Shown here: positions 27,092-35,719 of the stretch, in pieces | How the letters are laid out: the number at the start of each line of letters is the position of its first letter | How positions within the stretch are numbered: the stretch's first letter is position 1 | DNA from: Chloroflexota bacterium | GTDB taxonomy: Bacteria; Chloroflexota; Limnocylindria; QHBO01 | Reading direction: 5' to 3' | Length of the DNA stretch: 64,000 nucleotides | Assembly: GCA_038040195.1 (NCBI GenBank) | Contig: JBBPIR010000002.1 | Location: forward strand, 69,296-133,295 | Notes under the pieces: model-generated | Seen by the model: the letters and a program-made list of their open reading frames with translations, nothing else | Database searches by the model: none | What the model was told of the DNA's origin: nothing | Made by a program: the position numbers and the translations under genes

Positions 27092-27994
27092 GTGAAGACA
27101 CAGATTCATGGTCCCAGGTTGCTGCTTTCGGCTGGCGTCGCATTTACTCTCGCAGTTGGCATGCTCGCTGGCGCACGGACGGCATATGCCGGTGGCCCGG
27201 TGACGGTCCCGCTCTCAACGGCCGCAACTTTCGCGGTCCTGGCGGGTACCCCGAGCGTGGAAAACACCGGGCCGACCGTGGTCACTGGAAACCTGGGTAT
27301 CCACCCCGCCGCCGCCGTAAACGGATTCACAGGACCGCCTAACGGAACCGTGATCGGGACGATCCACGCGGGCAACGCCGTCGCGCTGCAGGCCCAGACC
27401 GACCTGACCGCCGCGTATGTCGATGCCGCAGGACGACCCGATGACCCGGTCGCCTGCGACCTCGTTGGGCTGACTCTCGTCGCCGGCGTCTATGACCCCG
27501 GCGACTGCACGCTCGGACTTACAGGGATTCTCCAGCTCGACGGCCAGAACGACCCGAATTCGGTCTGGATCTTCCAGGCGCCGTCCGACCTCGTCACAGC
27601 GTCGGCGAGTTCCGTCGTCTTCATCAATGGCGGCTCGCCCTGCAACGTTTTCTGGCAGGTCAGCAGCTCGGCGACTCTCGGATCAGGCTCAACCTTTGTC
27701 GGCACCATCCTGGCCCTGACATCCATCACGATCGCGAACGGCGTAAACGTGAACGGTCGAGCGCTGGCTCGGAACGGCACCGTGACGATGATCAACGACG
27801 TAATCGGAAGCTCGACGTGCCCGGGCGCCGGCCCCCTGCCGAGCGCGGCACCCTCCGTGCCGAGCGCGGCATTCAGCCCGGAAAACGAAGCTGTTTCCCC
27901 TTGGTCGTTGTTCCTGGTCCTCGGCGGGGTCGCAGCCTTGTTCATCAGCTTGATGGTCACCGTCAGGCGATTGACAGCGAGACAAGGGATCTAG
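27092..27994 (+). CDS. DUF3494 / ice-binding-like family secreted protein with a C-terminal TM anchor.
   Basis: Signal peptide. SVVFINGGSPCNVFWQV and repeated T/S/G beta-helix-like segments. C-terminal hydrophobic helix. Confidence 0.65.
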   Translation: MKTQIHGPRLLLSAGVAFTLAVGMLAGARTAYAGGPVTVPLSTAATFAVLAGTPSVENTGPTVVTGNLGIHPAAAVNGFTGPPNGTVIGTIHAGNAVALQAQTDLTAAYVDAAGRPDDPVACDLVGLTLVAGVYDPGDCTLGLTGILQLDGQNDPNSVWIFQAPSDLVTASASSVVFINGGSPCNVFWQVSSSATLGSGSTFVGTILALTSITIANGVNVNGRALARNGTVTMINDVIGSSTCPGAGPLPSAAPSVPSAAFSPENEAVSPWSLFLVLGGVAALFISLMVTVRRLTARQGI

Positions 27995-28114
27995 GTCAGC
28001 TTACCCTCGGCCGCCGGCAGCAGGCACAGTTCCCAGGCGAGTACGGCAGCGGGTCCGCACGAGGCTGATCCCATCTAGGCAGCCCGGGAGGCAGGCCACA
28101 TACTGGCGAGTCCT

Positions 28115-29530
28115 ATGCCCAAACGGCTGGCTGCCATCGCCCTGGCCCTGCTGCTGACCGCGTGTTCGCTGCGCGCGGCAGCTCCGCCGTCTCCCACGCC
28201 CGAGCCCTCGCCGACCGCGGTGCCCAGCCCCACTGCCTCCCCGAGCCCATCTCCCACCCCATCCCCGACGCCCGAGCCCACCGAGCCGCCCCCGGTCGTC
28301 GTTCGCGGGCAGCTGGCGCGGGTCATGGTGGATGGCGCACGGGTCCGGACCCAACCTGGAGGGGTCACCGAGGCGTCGGTCCTGGGTCGCCTGGCCGCTG
28401 GCGAGCTGGTCACCGTGGTCGATGGCCCGGTCGAGATCGGCCCAATTCGGTGGTGGCAGGTGCAGGTTGCCGGACTCACCGGTTGGATGTCCGACCGATC
28501 TGGTTTGACGGTGAGCCTCCTCGACGCCGCTGAACCGGCTGCTCGTGACTGGAACGTGTGGGCCGCCACCGCGACCACCGAGCTGCCGGCATCGGTGGCC
28601 GACATTCCGGCGCGGGTGTACGTCCCCAATGAGCAGGACTACACGATCTCGGTCATCGACCCGGCCACGATGAGCGTGATCGCCACCCTCCCCGCAGGCG
28701 TCCTGCCCGAGCACGTGGGCCCTGACTGGGACCTCACCCGGCTCTACGTCAGCAACTACTTCTCCACCGAGCTGACCGTGCTCGATCCCCGGAGCGGAAC
28801 CCTGTTGAGCCCGATTACGGCCCCGCTGGCGTACAACCTGTATTTCACTCCGGACGGCTCCAAGGCAGTGGTCATGGCCGAGGAATACAGCCGAATGGAC
28901 TTTTACGACCGGCGCACCTGGCAGCTGCTCAGCCAGGTACCGATCCCGTTCGCCGGCATCGACCACGCCGATTTTTCGGCCGGGGGCCGATACCTGCTGG
29001 CGAGCACCGAGTACGCGGGGGTGCTGGTCAAGGTCGACACGGTGAACATGGAGATCATCGGGTCCCTATGGGTGGGCGGCAGTCCGGTCGACGTCAAGCT
29101 GTCACCCGACGGCTCGGTGTTCTACGTGGCCAACCAGTTCCGGCACGGGGTCTCGATCATCGATCCGGTGGCCATGCGCGAGATCGGGTTCTTGCCCACC
29201 GGGCGTGGCGCTCATGGAATGGCCGTCAGCCGGGACACACGCTGGCTGTTCGTCACCAACCGCCTGGCCGGGACGATCGCGGTCATCGACTTTGCGACGC
29301 GCGCGATCATCGCCACCTGGTGGATCGGCGGATCGCCGGACATGCTCCAGGTCTCACCCGATGGCACTCAGCTGTGGACCGCCAACCGCTACGCCAACAC
29401 CGTGGTGGTCGTGGATGCAACCAATGGCCAGGTCCTGCACGTCATCCAGGTTGGCCGCAAGCCCCACGGGCTCACGTACTTCCCGCAGCCAGGTCGGTTC
29501 AGCCTCGGCCACAACGGCGTCTACCGCTGA
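28115..29530 (+). CDS. Lipoprotein with a Pro/Thr/Ser linker, an SH3b-like domain and YVTN-type beta-propeller repeats.
   Basis: Lipobox LLLTACS. PSPTPEPSPT low-complexity linker. ARVRTQPGG...WWQVQ matches SH3b. Repeated YV.N...VSVID/VIDF units. Confidence 0.7.
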   Translation: MPKRLAAIALALLLTACSLRAAAPPSPTPEPSPTAVPSPTASPSPSPTPSPTPEPTEPPPVVVRGQLARVMVDGARVRTQPGGVTEASVLGRLAAGELVTVVDGPVEIGPIRWWQVQVAGLTGWMSDRSGLTVSLLDAAEPAARDWNVWAATATTELPASVADIPARVYVPNEQDYTISVIDPATMSVIATLPAGVLPEHVGPDWDLTRLYVSNYFSTELTVLDPRSGTLLSPITAPLAYNLYFTPDGSKAVVMAEEYSRMDFYDRRTWQLLSQVPIPFAGIDHADFSAGGRYLLASTEYAGVLVKVDTVNMEIIGSLWVGGSPVDVKLSPDGSVFYVANQFRHGVSIIDPVAMREIGFLPTGRGAHGMAVSRDTRWLFVTNRLAGTIAVIDFATRAIIATWWIGGSPDMLQVSPDGTQLWTANRYANTVVVVDATNGQVLHVIQVGRKPHGLTYFPQPGRFSLGHNGVYR

Positions 29531-29844
29531 AGCGCCGATGTGACGGTCCAGGTCGGTACCTTCCTCCCATTCCGGCCGGCGCCTTCGCAGGCGAGGCTTG
29601 ACGCATGCCGATCCTGCCGGCGGATCCACTGATCGTGCTCCTCACGTTGGCCGTTCTCCTGGTGGCCACGTGGATGTACTGGCGCCTCATCCGGCGCCGC
29701 GGCCGCACACGACGTATGGACCGCGAGTCGGACGAAGCGCAGCTCCGTGGCCTGGTCCGCGTCACATTGGTGGGCCGCTAACCGGCTCTCGCGCCTCGCG
29801 CCGGGAACCTTCCCGCCAGCGCCCCTCGGCGCTACCATTGCGGC

Positions 29845-30264
29845 GTGGATGTCGAGTCAGCCCTCGCCGCGACCCCGCTGCTGTCGAGCCTGGACCGCAA
29901 GACGATCCGGCGCCTGGCCGAGCAGGGGAAGCACCGCACCTACGCCGCCGGCGAGGCCATCGTCCGCGAGGGTGCGCCCGCTTCGGCGCTGTACATCATC
30001 CTGAGCGGAAAGGTCCACTTCGAGCTCGCCGAGGGCGAGGGTTCCCCGGTCGCCCATGCGGGGCCGGGCGACTTCTTTGGCGAGCTGGCGCTCATCGAGG
30101 AGCACCCGCGCAGCGCCACGGTCGTGGCCGATGAGCCCACCGAATGCATCCTGTTCGTGGCCTGGGAGTTCACGGCCCTGCTCAAGGAGTTCCCGGAGAT
30201 GGCGATCCCACTCATGAACGCGCTCATCGCCCGCCTCCATCGTCGCGAGCGCCACCTGCGCTAG
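29845..30264 (+). CDS. Stand-alone cyclic nucleotide-binding domain protein (CAP/Crp-type cNMP-binding, no DNA-binding domain).
   Basis: GDFFGELALI phosphate-binding cassette. 139 aa, no HTH. Confidence 0.7.
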   Translation: MDVESALAATPLLSSLDRKTIRRLAEQGKHRTYAAGEAIVREGAPASALYIILSGKVHFELAEGEGSPVAHAGPGDFFGELALIEEHPRSATVVADEPTECILFVAWEFTALLKEFPEMAIPLMNALIARLHRRERHLR

Positions 30265-30866
30265 GGCTGGAGCTGCCTTCGCACCCAGCCCCGCTCGGGA
30301 TCGCGCCGGTATTCGATCCGATCATGCAGCCGGTCCGGCCGGCTCTCCCAGAACTCCACCAGCTCAGGCTCCAGCCGGTACCCGCCCCAGAAGGATGGCA
30401 AGGGTATGGGCCCGTCCGGGCCGAAGCGGGCGGTCATCGCTTCCACCTGGGCGTCGAGGCCGGCGCGATCATCGATCGGCTGGCTCTGCTTCGAGGCCCA
30501 TGCCGCAATCTGGTGGCCGCGTGGCCGTGATGCCCAGTAACTTGCCACCTCTGCGTCGTCGAGCGCCACCACCCGACCGCTGACCCGCACCTGACGGTTG
30601 GTCTGCTCCCACCAAAACGCGGCTGCCGACCGGGGGTTGACCGCCAGGTCGCGGCCCTTGGCGCTGTCGCGATTTGTGTAGAAGCGCAGGCCATCGGGCT
30701 CGATGCCGCGCAGCAGAACCAGCCGGACGCTGGGGCGGCCGGCGCCGTCCGCCGTGGCGAGGGCGAATGCATTCGGGAGCCGATGCCCGGCGGCCTCGGC
30801 CTGCGCCACCCAGACGGCGAGCTCGACCAGCGGATCTGGGTCGAGGCCTTCGACGTCGATGGGCAT
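30261..30866 (-). CDS. pdxH: Pyridoxamine 5-prime-phosphate oxidase.
   Basis: Full-length PNPOx fold, with conserved RIEFWQ-like C-terminus (LVEFWESRPDRLHDRIEY). Confidence 0.85.
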   Translation of the reverse strand: MPIDVEGLDPDPLVELAVWVAQAEAAGHRLPNAFALATADGAGRPSVRLVLLRGIEPDGLRFYTNRDSAKGRDLAVNPRSAAAFWWEQTNRQVRVSGRVVALDDAEVASYWASRPRGHQIAAWASKQSQPIDDRAGLDAQVEAMTARFGPDGPIPLPSFWGGYRLEPELVEFWESRPDRLHDRIEYRRDPERGWVRRQLQP

Positions 30867-30869
30867 CGG

Positions 30870-32072
30870 TCAGGCGAGGACTTCGGGCAGGGCCGCGGCC
30901 AGCCGCTCGAACTGGTCGAGATCGTTGTGGAGCGCGGCACTGACCCGGATCAGGCGTCGCCAGGGGCCGCCATCGGGGCGCTGGGGCCAGGGTGTGACCA
31001 GGACCTGAAAGCCGCGCGCCAGGAGGGCATCGTGCAGTGGGTCGCCGTACAGGTCGACGCCCTGCACACGGCCACCCGCTTGCTCCTCCGGCAGCGGGAC
31101 CGAGGCCATGCACCCGAGCATCGCGTCGGGGGCGGGGGATGGGATGGCCAGGGCGACGCACAGCAGGTCGCGCGCACGGCGTGCCAGATCCCGATTCCGG
31201 AGCCGGACCGCGGGCCAACCGCCGCCAAGCAGCCCGCCGATGAGATCCAGGGCGGTGGGCACCGCCAGCCAGGCGCTCGGGTCGCGGGTGCCGGTCCAGT
31301 CCGCCTCCAGCCGGAACCGCGAACGGTCGGTCCGGTCCGAGTTCGCACCGTGGCTGACGACCAGCGGATGGAACCCGGCCTGGCGGTCCCGCCGCACGTG
31401 GAGGAAGGCCGCGCCCTTCGGCGCACAGGTCCATTTGTGGAGGTTGCCCGCGTAATACGCCGCACCCAGGTCGTCGAGGTCCACGTCCAGCATGCCCGGG
31501 GCGTGCGCGCCATCGATGAGCGTGTCCACTCCCCGCGCGGCCAGCTCGGCGACGAGCTCCTCGATGGGCAGCACGACCGCCGTGGCCGAGGTGACGTGAT
31601 CCAGCACCGCCAGCCGGGTGCGGGGCGTCACGGCGGCCAGAACCCGCTCCACGACGTCCGCGGATCCGGGAATCGGAAATGGGATGGCCACCGTCACCAC
31701 GCGCGCCCCGAGCGGCGCGGTCACCGCGTCCATCGCGTTGCGGCACGCGTTGTACTCGTGGTCGGTGGTCAACAGCTCGTCGCCCGCTGCGATGGGCAGC
31801 CAACGCAGCACCGCGTTCACGCCGGTGGTCGCGTTGTCGACGAAGGCCAGGTCGTCCGGATCCGCGCCCAGGAATGCGCCCAGGTAGACCCGCGCATCGT
31901 CCAGGAGCCCCTCGAGGTCGCGTGAGAAGAAGGCCACCGGCTCGGCCTCCATGCGCCGCTGGATCGCGGTCTGGGCGTCGAGCACGAGAATGGGCGTGGC
32001 ACCGAACGACCCGTGATTGAGAAAGGCGACATCCGGATCGAGCGACCACAGGTGTCGGAACTCGGACGCCAT
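30870..32072 (-). CDS. Class V-fold PLP-dependent aminotransferase (isopenicillin-N epimerase / cysteine desulfurase-like).
   Basis: LIDGAHAPG...NLHKW with the PLP lysine. About 400 aa. Confidence 0.8.
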   Translation of the reverse strand: MASEFRHLWSLDPDVAFLNHGSFGATPILVLDAQTAIQRRMEAEPVAFFSRDLEGLLDDARVYLGAFLGADPDDLAFVDNATTGVNAVLRWLPIAAGDELLTTDHEYNACRNAMDAVTAPLGARVVTVAIPFPIPGSADVVERVLAAVTPRTRLAVLDHVTSATAVVLPIEELVAELAARGVDTLIDGAHAPGMLDVDLDDLGAAYYAGNLHKWTCAPKGAAFLHVRRDRQAGFHPLVVSHGANSDRTDRSRFRLEADWTGTRDPSAWLAVPTALDLIGGLLGGGWPAVRLRNRDLARRARDLLCVALAIPSPAPDAMLGCMASVPLPEEQAGGRVQGVDLYGDPLHDALLARGFQVLVTPWPQRPDGGPWRRLIRVSAALHNDLDQFERLAAALPEVLA

Positions 32073-32092
32073 GCGACGGCTATCGTAGACCG

Positions 32093-32752
32093 ATGATGGG
32101 CCTGTCTCGGCCGGCGGCCGTGGTCTGCGACCTGGACGGCACGCTGGTCGACACCGTGCCGACCCGGATCGCGGCGTGGCTCCGGACGTTCGAGGAATTT
32201 GGCCTGCCCGCCGACCGCGGCCACGTCGCCTCGCTCATCGGCTCCGACGGGAAGTGGCTCGCCGAGCAGGTTGCTACCGGCGCCTTCCGCGCACTGTCCC
32301 CGGCCGACGCGGAGGCCATCGACCGGCGCGCGGGCGAGATCTACGGGGAGCTGAACACGGCGCCCCGGCCGCTGCCGGGTGTCGCGGAATTCCTCGCGGC
32401 GCTGAACCTGGCCGGGGTCAAGTGGGCCATCGCAACGTCTTCGCGACTGGCCCAGGTGGGGGTATCGGTGGCGGCCCTGGGCCTGGCCCGGCCGCCGGTC
32501 ATCGTCGACGGCCAGGCGGTGAGCCGCGCGAAGCCGGAGCCCGACCTCCTGTTGGCAGCGGCCGCCGCGCTCGGGACGGCGCCCGACGGCTGCTGGTGCG
32601 TGGGCGACTCGCGCTGGGATGTGCAGGCGGCCATCGCCGCGCAGATGCTGCCCGTCGGCGTGACAACCGGGTCCGCGACCGCGGAGGAGCTCCGCGCCGA
32701 CGGCGCGCTGGCGGTCGTGGACCGCCTGGACCGCTTGGTGAGTGCCCTGTAG
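32093..32752 (+). CDS. HAD-superfamily hydrolase (beta-phosphoglucomutase-like subfamily).
   Basis: DLDGTLVDT motif I, with downstream K and GD motifs. Confidence 0.75.
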   Translation: MMGLSRPAAVVCDLDGTLVDTVPTRIAAWLRTFEEFGLPADRGHVASLIGSDGKWLAEQVATGAFRALSPADAEAIDRRAGEIYGELNTAPRPLPGVAEFLAALNLAGVKWAIATSSRLAQVGVSVAALGLARPPVIVDGQAVSRAKPEPDLLLAAAAALGTAPDGCWCVGDSRWDVQAAIAAQMLPVGVTTGSATAEELRADGALAVVDRLDRLVSAL

Positions 32753-32754
32753 CC

Positions 32755-35406
32755 ATGCCCCTTGACGCCTATCGGTCCAAGCGAGACTTCAAGGAAACCC
32801 CTGAACCGGCGGGCGACGCCCTGGCCGACACGAGCGGGCGCTTCGTCGTCCAGCGCCATCGAGCAACCCGACTTCACTACGACCTCCGCCTCGAAGTTGA
32901 CGGCGTGCTCGCCAGTTGGGCGGTCCCGCGGGGCCCGACCCTGGACCCGGATCAGCGGCGGCTGGCCATGCGGACCGAGGACCACCCCATCGAGTACCTC
33001 GAGTTCGAGGCCGTCATCCCCAAGGGCCAGTACGGGGCAGGCGACATGATCGTCTGGGATTGGGGCACCTACGAACCGGAGGAGACCGATGCGCCGGCGG
33101 CCGCCGTGGCCGCCGGCGAGCTGAAGTTCCGGCTCCACGGGGAGCGGCTGCGAGGACGGTTCACCCTGGTCCGGACGGCGGGGCGAACCGACGACCAGGG
33201 GCGTGCGGAGGGCGGCGACCCGTGGCTGCTCATTCACAAGTCTGATCAGCAGGCCGAGCCGGGCTACGACGCGGAGTCGCTCCCGCGCAGCGTGAAGTCC
33301 GGGCGCACCAACGACGAGCTGTCCGCGGGCCTGCCGCCCCGATTCGAGGCGCCGGCGCCGTCGCCCGAACCGCCCATCGACCTGTCCGCCGCGCGCAAGG
33401 CGCCGCTGCCCGAGTTCGTGCCACCCATGCTGGCCACCGCCGGGGAGCACCCGTTCGAGGATCCAAGCTGGCTCCACGAGGTCAAGTGGGACGGCTACCG
33501 GGTCCAGGCCGTGGTGCGGGACGGGAAAGTCCGCCTATGGACCCGCAACCGCGCCGATGCGGCCGGCTACTTCCCGGAGCTGGCGGCCCCGCCGACCTGG
33601 ATCGACGCCGGCGAGGCGGTCGTCGACGGCGAGGTGGTGGCCCTCGACGAGGGCGGGCGTCCAAGCTTCTCGGCCCTCCAGGAGCGGACCGGCCTGATCG
33701 GTCTCGAGGCCCGCACCGGGCGCCGTCGTCCGCGCGAAACGAAACCGGGCGCGGCGCCGCGCCGGACCCAGGCGGCCCCCATCGTCTACCAGGTCTTCGA
33801 CCTGCTGCACCTCGACGGCCGATCCCTGCTGGACGTGCCACTCGAGTCACGTAAGCGGCTCCTGCGCCGGCTCCTCCGGCCTCACTCGCTCGTAAACTAC
33901 GCCCCGCACCTGGCCGGCGAGGGGTCAGCCTTCCTGGACGCCGCGCTGGCCGGCGGACTGGAGGGGGTGGTGGCCAAGAAACGGATGAGCCGGTACCGCC
34001 CCGGCGAACGCTCGCCGGACTGGGTGAAGGTCAAGGTCCGGGCGGAGCAGGACGTGGTGGTGGTCGGCTGGCTGCCGCGGAAGGGGAGTGCCACCGATCT
34101 GGGTTCGCTGATTGTCGCCGTTCAAAGCGCAGGAGGCTTGGTGCACGCCGGCCAGGTGGGGAGCGGCCTCGGCGGTCGGATCCGCCGCGAGCTCCTGGTA
34201 GCCCTGTCCGACCTCGCTCGTCCGGACCCGCCGGTCGAGGGTGCGCCAGCCGTCGCCGGCGCCCGCTGGGTGGAGCCGCGCATCGTGGTCCGAGTCGAGT
34301 TCGCCGAATGGACGCCCGACGGCCTGCTCCGCCAGCCGACCTTCCTGGGCGTGGCGGCCGATCGGGGGGTGGAGTCCACCGTCCGCGAGGACCCGCCCCG
34401 ACGGGCGGTTCGAGCGGCGGAAGCGGCTCCCGCATCGGCTGGCGTTCCCAGGCTTCAAACGGCCGTCACGGACGCCGAACTGGCGGCCCTCGACGCCCTC
34501 CCTGGGGAGGGAACCTGGGAGATCGGCGGCCACGCTGTGCGGCTCACGAACCTGGAGAAGGTCCTCTTCCCGGCCCGCGACCCGGACCCGGCGCCGGTCA
34601 CCAAGCGGGACCTGGTGCGCTACTACACGACGGTGGCCGGAGCGCTGGTGCCCCACCTGCGCCGGCATGGGCTCACCCTGCAGCGATTCCCGGACGGCGT
34701 GGCGCGAGCGGGGTTCTGGCAGAAGGACCTGCCCTCGCACACCCCGGCCTGGATCACCCGCCGTGAGCTGGTCGACTCCGAAGGGACCAAGCAGTACGTG
34801 GTCGTCGACCGGGTCGCCACCCTGGCCTGGCTGGCCCAGGAGGCGGCGGTGGAGCTGCACCCGTGGACAGCGACCATCGAGGCCCCCGATCGGCCCCGGC
34901 ACGCGCTCATCGACATCGACCCTGGCGATACCACGACCTGGGACGAGGTCCTGGTCCTGGCGCGCCTGTTCCGCGCGGCTCTGGGGCACCTGGGCCTCAT
35001 CGGCCTCCCGAAGACGACCGGCAAACGCGGCCTCCAGGTCTGGATCCCAATCGCCGACCGATACACCTTCGACCAAACCCGCGACTGGGTGGAGCAGCTG
35101 TCGCGCGCCATCGGGCAGACGGTGCCCGATCTCGTGAGCTGGGCCTGGTCCAAGCGCGATCGTCGGGGCCGGGCCCGACTGGACTACACCCAGAATGCCC
35201 CGATCCGGACCCTGGTGGCGCCGTACAGCGTGCGGCCCGCCCCCGGCGCCCCGGTTTCGGCGCCCATCGAATGGGACGAGCTCGAGGATCCGGAGCTCGC
35301 GCCCGACCGCTGGACCGTGCGCACCCTGCCCCCACGGCTGACCGAACGGGGGGACCTCTTCGCCCAGGCGTTGACTCTGGGTCAGGACCTGCCGGCCCTC
35401 GCCTAA
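32755..35406 (+). CDS. ligD: Multifunctional NHEJ DNA ligase LigD (phosphoesterase - ATP-dependent ligase - polymerase/primase order).
   Basis: N-terminal RFVVQRHRATRLHYDLRLE matches the LigD 3-prime-phosphoesterase domain. EVKWDGYR (KxDG motif I) and the ligase core. C-terminal LigD Pol domain. The true start is the ATG at 32755; the provided 1076-aa ORF is an upstream artefact. Confidence 0.85.
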   Translation: MPLDAYRSKRDFKETPEPAGDALADTSGRFVVQRHRATRLHYDLRLEVDGVLASWAVPRGPTLDPDQRRLAMRTEDHPIEYLEFEAVIPKGQYGAGDMIVWDWGTYEPEETDAPAAAVAAGELKFRLHGERLRGRFTLVRTAGRTDDQGRAEGGDPWLLIHKSDQQAEPGYDAESLPRSVKSGRTNDELSAGLPPRFEAPAPSPEPPIDLSAARKAPLPEFVPPMLATAGEHPFEDPSWLHEVKWDGYRVQAVVRDGKVRLWTRNRADAAGYFPELAAPPTWIDAGEAVVDGEVVALDEGGRPSFSALQERTGLIGLEARTGRRRPRETKPGAAPRRTQAAPIVYQVFDLLHLDGRSLLDVPLESRKRLLRRLLRPHSLVNYAPHLAGEGSAFLDAALAGGLEGVVAKKRMSRYRPGERSPDWVKVKVRAEQDVVVVGWLPRKGSATDLGSLIVAVQSAGGLVHAGQVGSGLGGRIRRELLVALSDLARPDPPVEGAPAVAGARWVEPRIVVRVEFAEWTPDGLLRQPTFLGVAADRGVESTVREDPPRRAVRAAEAAPASAGVPRLQTAVTDAELAALDALPGEGTWEIGGHAVRLTNLEKVLFPARDPDPAPVTKRDLVRYYTTVAGALVPHLRRHGLTLQRFPDGVARAGFWQKDLPSHTPAWITRRELVDSEGTKQYVVVDRVATLAWLAQEAAVELHPWTATIEAPDRPRHALIDIDPGDTTTWDEVLVLARLFRAALGHLGLIGLPKTTGKRGLQVWIPIADRYTFDQTRDWVEQLSRAIGQTVPDLVSWAWSKRDRRGRARLDYTQNAPIRTLVAPYSVRPAPGAPVSAPIEWDELEDPELAPDRWTVRTLPPRLTERGDLFAQALTLGQDLPALA

Positions 35407-35412
35407 CGCGAA

Positions 35413-35439
35413 GGCGCCACGGCCAAAAGCCGTGACGCC
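35413..35439 (+). terminator. GC-rich hairpin immediately downstream of ligD.
   Basis: GGCGCCACGGCC aaaa GCCGTGACGCC, 10 bp after the ligD stop. Confidence 0.3.
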
Positions 35440-35719
35440 TCTCCCCGGATGTTCGACCTGGCGCCCGTTACCGGGCGCTCATCGGTCTACAGGGGCCAAC
35501 CGCCCCCGGTTGTTGCTGAGCGCATATCGCGTCTCCCGTCTGGGGCGGCTCACCCCAATCGAGTGAGAACCGCGCGAGGAGACAGTCGCGCCGGAAGTCC
35601 GCCGCCACAATGACCCGTGGGTACCGGAAGCCCATCCGGGCAGGAGTACCTTCGGCGAGGGCGATTGGCTCGACACGTCGGTCAACTACAAGTTGCCAGG
35701 CCGGTGTAGACTGCCGCCG

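Noticed and set aside
30469-32049. 526-aa minus-strand ORF in an alternative frame over the pdxH and class V aminotransferase genes.
   Set aside because: It spans two genuine genes in a shifted frame, and its product is Gly/Arg/Pro low-complexity.
32176-32754. N-terminal 193 codons of the provided 1076-aa ORF upstream of ligD.
   Set aside because: This segment overlaps the HAD hydrolase gene in another frame and is Arg/Pro-rich. LigD homology begins exactly at the ATG at 32755, which follows the HAD stop by 2 nt.
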